Assembly: GCF_964213995.1 (NCBI RefSeq)
Contig: NW_027590338.1
Coordinates: forward strand, 310,001 to 374,000
Origin: Mustelus asterias
Lineage: Eukaryota
DNA length: 64,000 bases
Direction of reading: 5' to 3'
Part shown: piece by piece, positions 61,303 to 64,000 of the stretch
How positions within the stretch are numbered: the first letter of the stretch is position 1
Layout: each line of letters begins with the position of its first letter
Notes under the pieces: model-generated
Told to the model about the DNA's origin: nothing
Databases searched by the model: none
The model's input: only the letters and a program-made list of their open reading frames with translations
Program-made: the position numbers and the translations under genes

Positions 61303-62339
61303 ATCGTTTTCCTCCAACGATAAATGAAATACCCAATTGCTTAATTGATTGGTTTTCAATTTTACTTCCACTATGTATCTTTGGTTTGAGTCAGGTATTT
61401 TCACGTCTCGGGCTCAAGCCTTGTTGAACCAATGCACCCAGCTCAGATACACCCTGGGTTAGAGACAGAGTAGAGCACATTCATTGCAGTATTCTGCAAA
61501 ATATCTTCACCGACTTTCCTCCCACTGAGGAGAAATCTGACAATTTCAAAATTTCTGACAAACAAACACAATTTACATCTCGGTGTTCCTGCTTCTCTCG
61601 TTGTCCATGCCTTTACCATTGATGTCAGCTTTAAGCTGCTGCACCACACCCACTGGGAACTGGAGTGAGGGTCACACAGAAACATGGAGCAACAATCCCC
61701 CCATCAGAGAGAGGGGAGAGTGAAATTGTGAACATACCGGATTCCTACTCACCCAACAAAGAGAGGGGAGAGCCGTAGCTAACCCATGTACCATCACTTC
61801 CTCAATGAAAAGAGGAGGAATGTCATTATTTAATCCACTCACCACCACCTCGTCAGCGGTTAGAACCATCAGGCACATTGCTTCACCGGGTAGAGAGAGG
61901 GAAATTATGAGCTCACTCCCTCCCTCTTCGCAAGTAACGTGTTTGGAAGGGACCAGCTCTCTACTAGAAGAACCCAGTTGCCAACAGTACAAATTAGCTT
62001 CTGGTTTATTTGCTGCAGAGTTTGAAGTATCATTATCCTAATCAATGTGATGCATATATACTTATGCAACATAATTTAAAAATGTTTCTGCACTCTTGTT
62101 CCTGTTAATCATGTCCTGGCATTGATTTCCCATAATGCAAATTGAAACAAATGATTGAATCCTCCCCAGTTTTCACTGTTCTGTCCCTGATGTTTCCGAG
62201 ATGCATCAATGAATGATTTCATTCGTTCTCCTGATATCACCGTGCCACTCACATAAACTACATTCATACAGCAAAACATTGAAAATATGCTCCATTATAC
62301 GTATTGTTTGGATCATTTTCAGTTAATGATTGCGGTGAA

Positions 62340-62841
62340 ACTTGGAGCAACAGCTAAAAAATACACACACTGACAATACTCCACAAAACTGTCACAATTA
62401 TAAATACACACATAAGCGCGCACACACACACTCACACTCACACACATACACACACACACATCGACACAAATGCACAACTACACACACAAATACACATACT
62501 CACACATATGCACACAAATACAGAAAGACACATGTAAATATACACACACAAACGCATACACATACCCCCACACACATACATATACAGAAATAGGGACAGG
62601 CACATTCAAATACAGACACAGAAACACACAAATACACAACAGATACACTTTCACACACCATAGGTACACTCAATACTTGCACAGACGAACACACATGCAG
62701 AGAAACAAGAATGCACACACAAATGCACTCATGGGCAAAACATGCACAAACAGAAATACACGCTTACGCAAATACACCCACACAAAAATACACCCATACA
62801 CAAACACATCCGTACACAAATATACATAGGGACACACCCAT

Positions 62842-62873
<32 letters not shown>

Positions 62874-63960
62874 ACAGACGGACACATACACACACACACA
62901 CATACGAACACATAGACACGCGCTCTTGGACAAACAGACACTAAAACAACAACATACACACACATAATCAAATATGTACAAACGCACACATGTACACATG
63001 AAACACACAAGTACATACACATACACATACGTGAGTAGGTACAGACCCAAACACAAACACATACATGCATAGACACAATACAGACAGATACACACGCATG
63101 CAGACCCACATAAATACACAAGCACATACTTAGACTCAAATAAATACATATATTAGCACACGTTCACGCTGATAGGAATATAGATATAAAGACACACAAT
63201 GTTATACACATTCACAAACATATATGGAAATACATATAAACAAATCACCAGGCTGCATACAGAAGAACAGACTGCAAAACATTTACACACAAACATGTAG
63301 ACGCAAACATTAACATGCTCATAGAACAGAACACCATAGCACACATTACTACACATCGAAACACAAATATACATCAACACACCGTTATAAAGAATGTCAA
63401 CACGTGTATACATACACTGACATGTTAACAGGCGTGCACACAGACACATGGAGAAACAGACGCACACAGAAAGGGAAACAGTAAGTAGTTACCTGATGAA
63501 GGGGCAACGCTCCGAAAGCTCGTGCAACCAAATAAACCTGTTGGACTTTAACCTGGTGTTGTGGGACTACTTACTGTGCCGACCCCAGTCCAACGCCGGC
63601 AACTCCACAGAAAGGGAAACAAACATTACTAGAGTGACAGAAATTAACACAGAGCAATAGGCATAAACACATGTGCACCCATTAAGAGTGGCATTAATAT
63701 ATATTCATAGACTTCACACAATAATAGAGTCATATATACACAATGACAAAAGAATAAAATATGCGCACAGATGCAGACACACAACTACACAAATCAACAA
63801 TCACTGGCAAATGAACGTGCACATTAACACTCATAATCACATATTAACTCAGAGCCAAAGATTAATGCAGAGCACGAGATGCTCATGCACACGCACACAA
63901 ATGCAAAATCTTCAATACAAACGGTAGGCAAATGATGAAAGTACAATTTAAACGTGACTT
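62340..63960 (+). repeat. CA-rich low-complexity tract
   Basis: Degenerate (CA)n/(CATA)n. Confidence 0.9.
63481..63605 (+). mobile_element. Short Penelope-like terminal element containing a minimal hammerhead motif
   Basis: CTGATGA-a-ggggc/aac/gctcc-GAAA-gctc; flanked by the direct repeat cacagaaagggaaaca (63465-63480, 63606-63621). A related fragment lies at ~14868-14968. Confidence 0.65.
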
Positions 63961-64000
63961 TTTAATGGAGATATCCACAGATTTATTATCCCAATGTACA

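Noticed and set aside
37717-62142. Isolated ATGCAAAT octamers (e.g. ~37717, ~57987, 62135)
   Set aside because: Expected by chance in AT-rich DNA and not at the promoter.
61300-64000. IgM transmembrane exons
   Set aside because: No hydrophobic TM exon with the conserved antigen-receptor motif was found; it probably lies beyond the window.

Overview
Cartilaginous-fish (shark-like) genomic DNA from an immunoglobulin heavy-chain region, rich in CR1 LINEs and SINEs. The + strand carries an apparently intact, unrearranged IgM minilocus: leader 46290-46335, VH 46470-46774, one D 47215-47225, JH 47620-47667, and Cmu1-Cmu4 plus secretory tail 57590-61260. No TM exons are visible in the window. The - strand (1-12075) carries a divergently oriented Cmu pseudogene that has lost V/D/J. 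Its homology to the intact J-C intron stops at a G-run tract, beyond which lies a decayed tandem array of four tRNA-Val pseudogenes. Between the two Ig units are nested retroelements, an old ~26-bp satellite in alternating orientations and an old tandem segmental duplication. Most notable: (1) the single D abuts its 3' RSS in the exact geometry of a 23/12 RAG signal joint, suggesting germline RAG deletion of D2; (2) a G-rich, AGCT-containing 20-bp tandem repeat resembling a miniature switch region lies 260 bp 5' of Cmu1; (3) the headless Cmu breaks in the J-proximal intron. Coordinates were read by eye; repeat boundaries are approximate.
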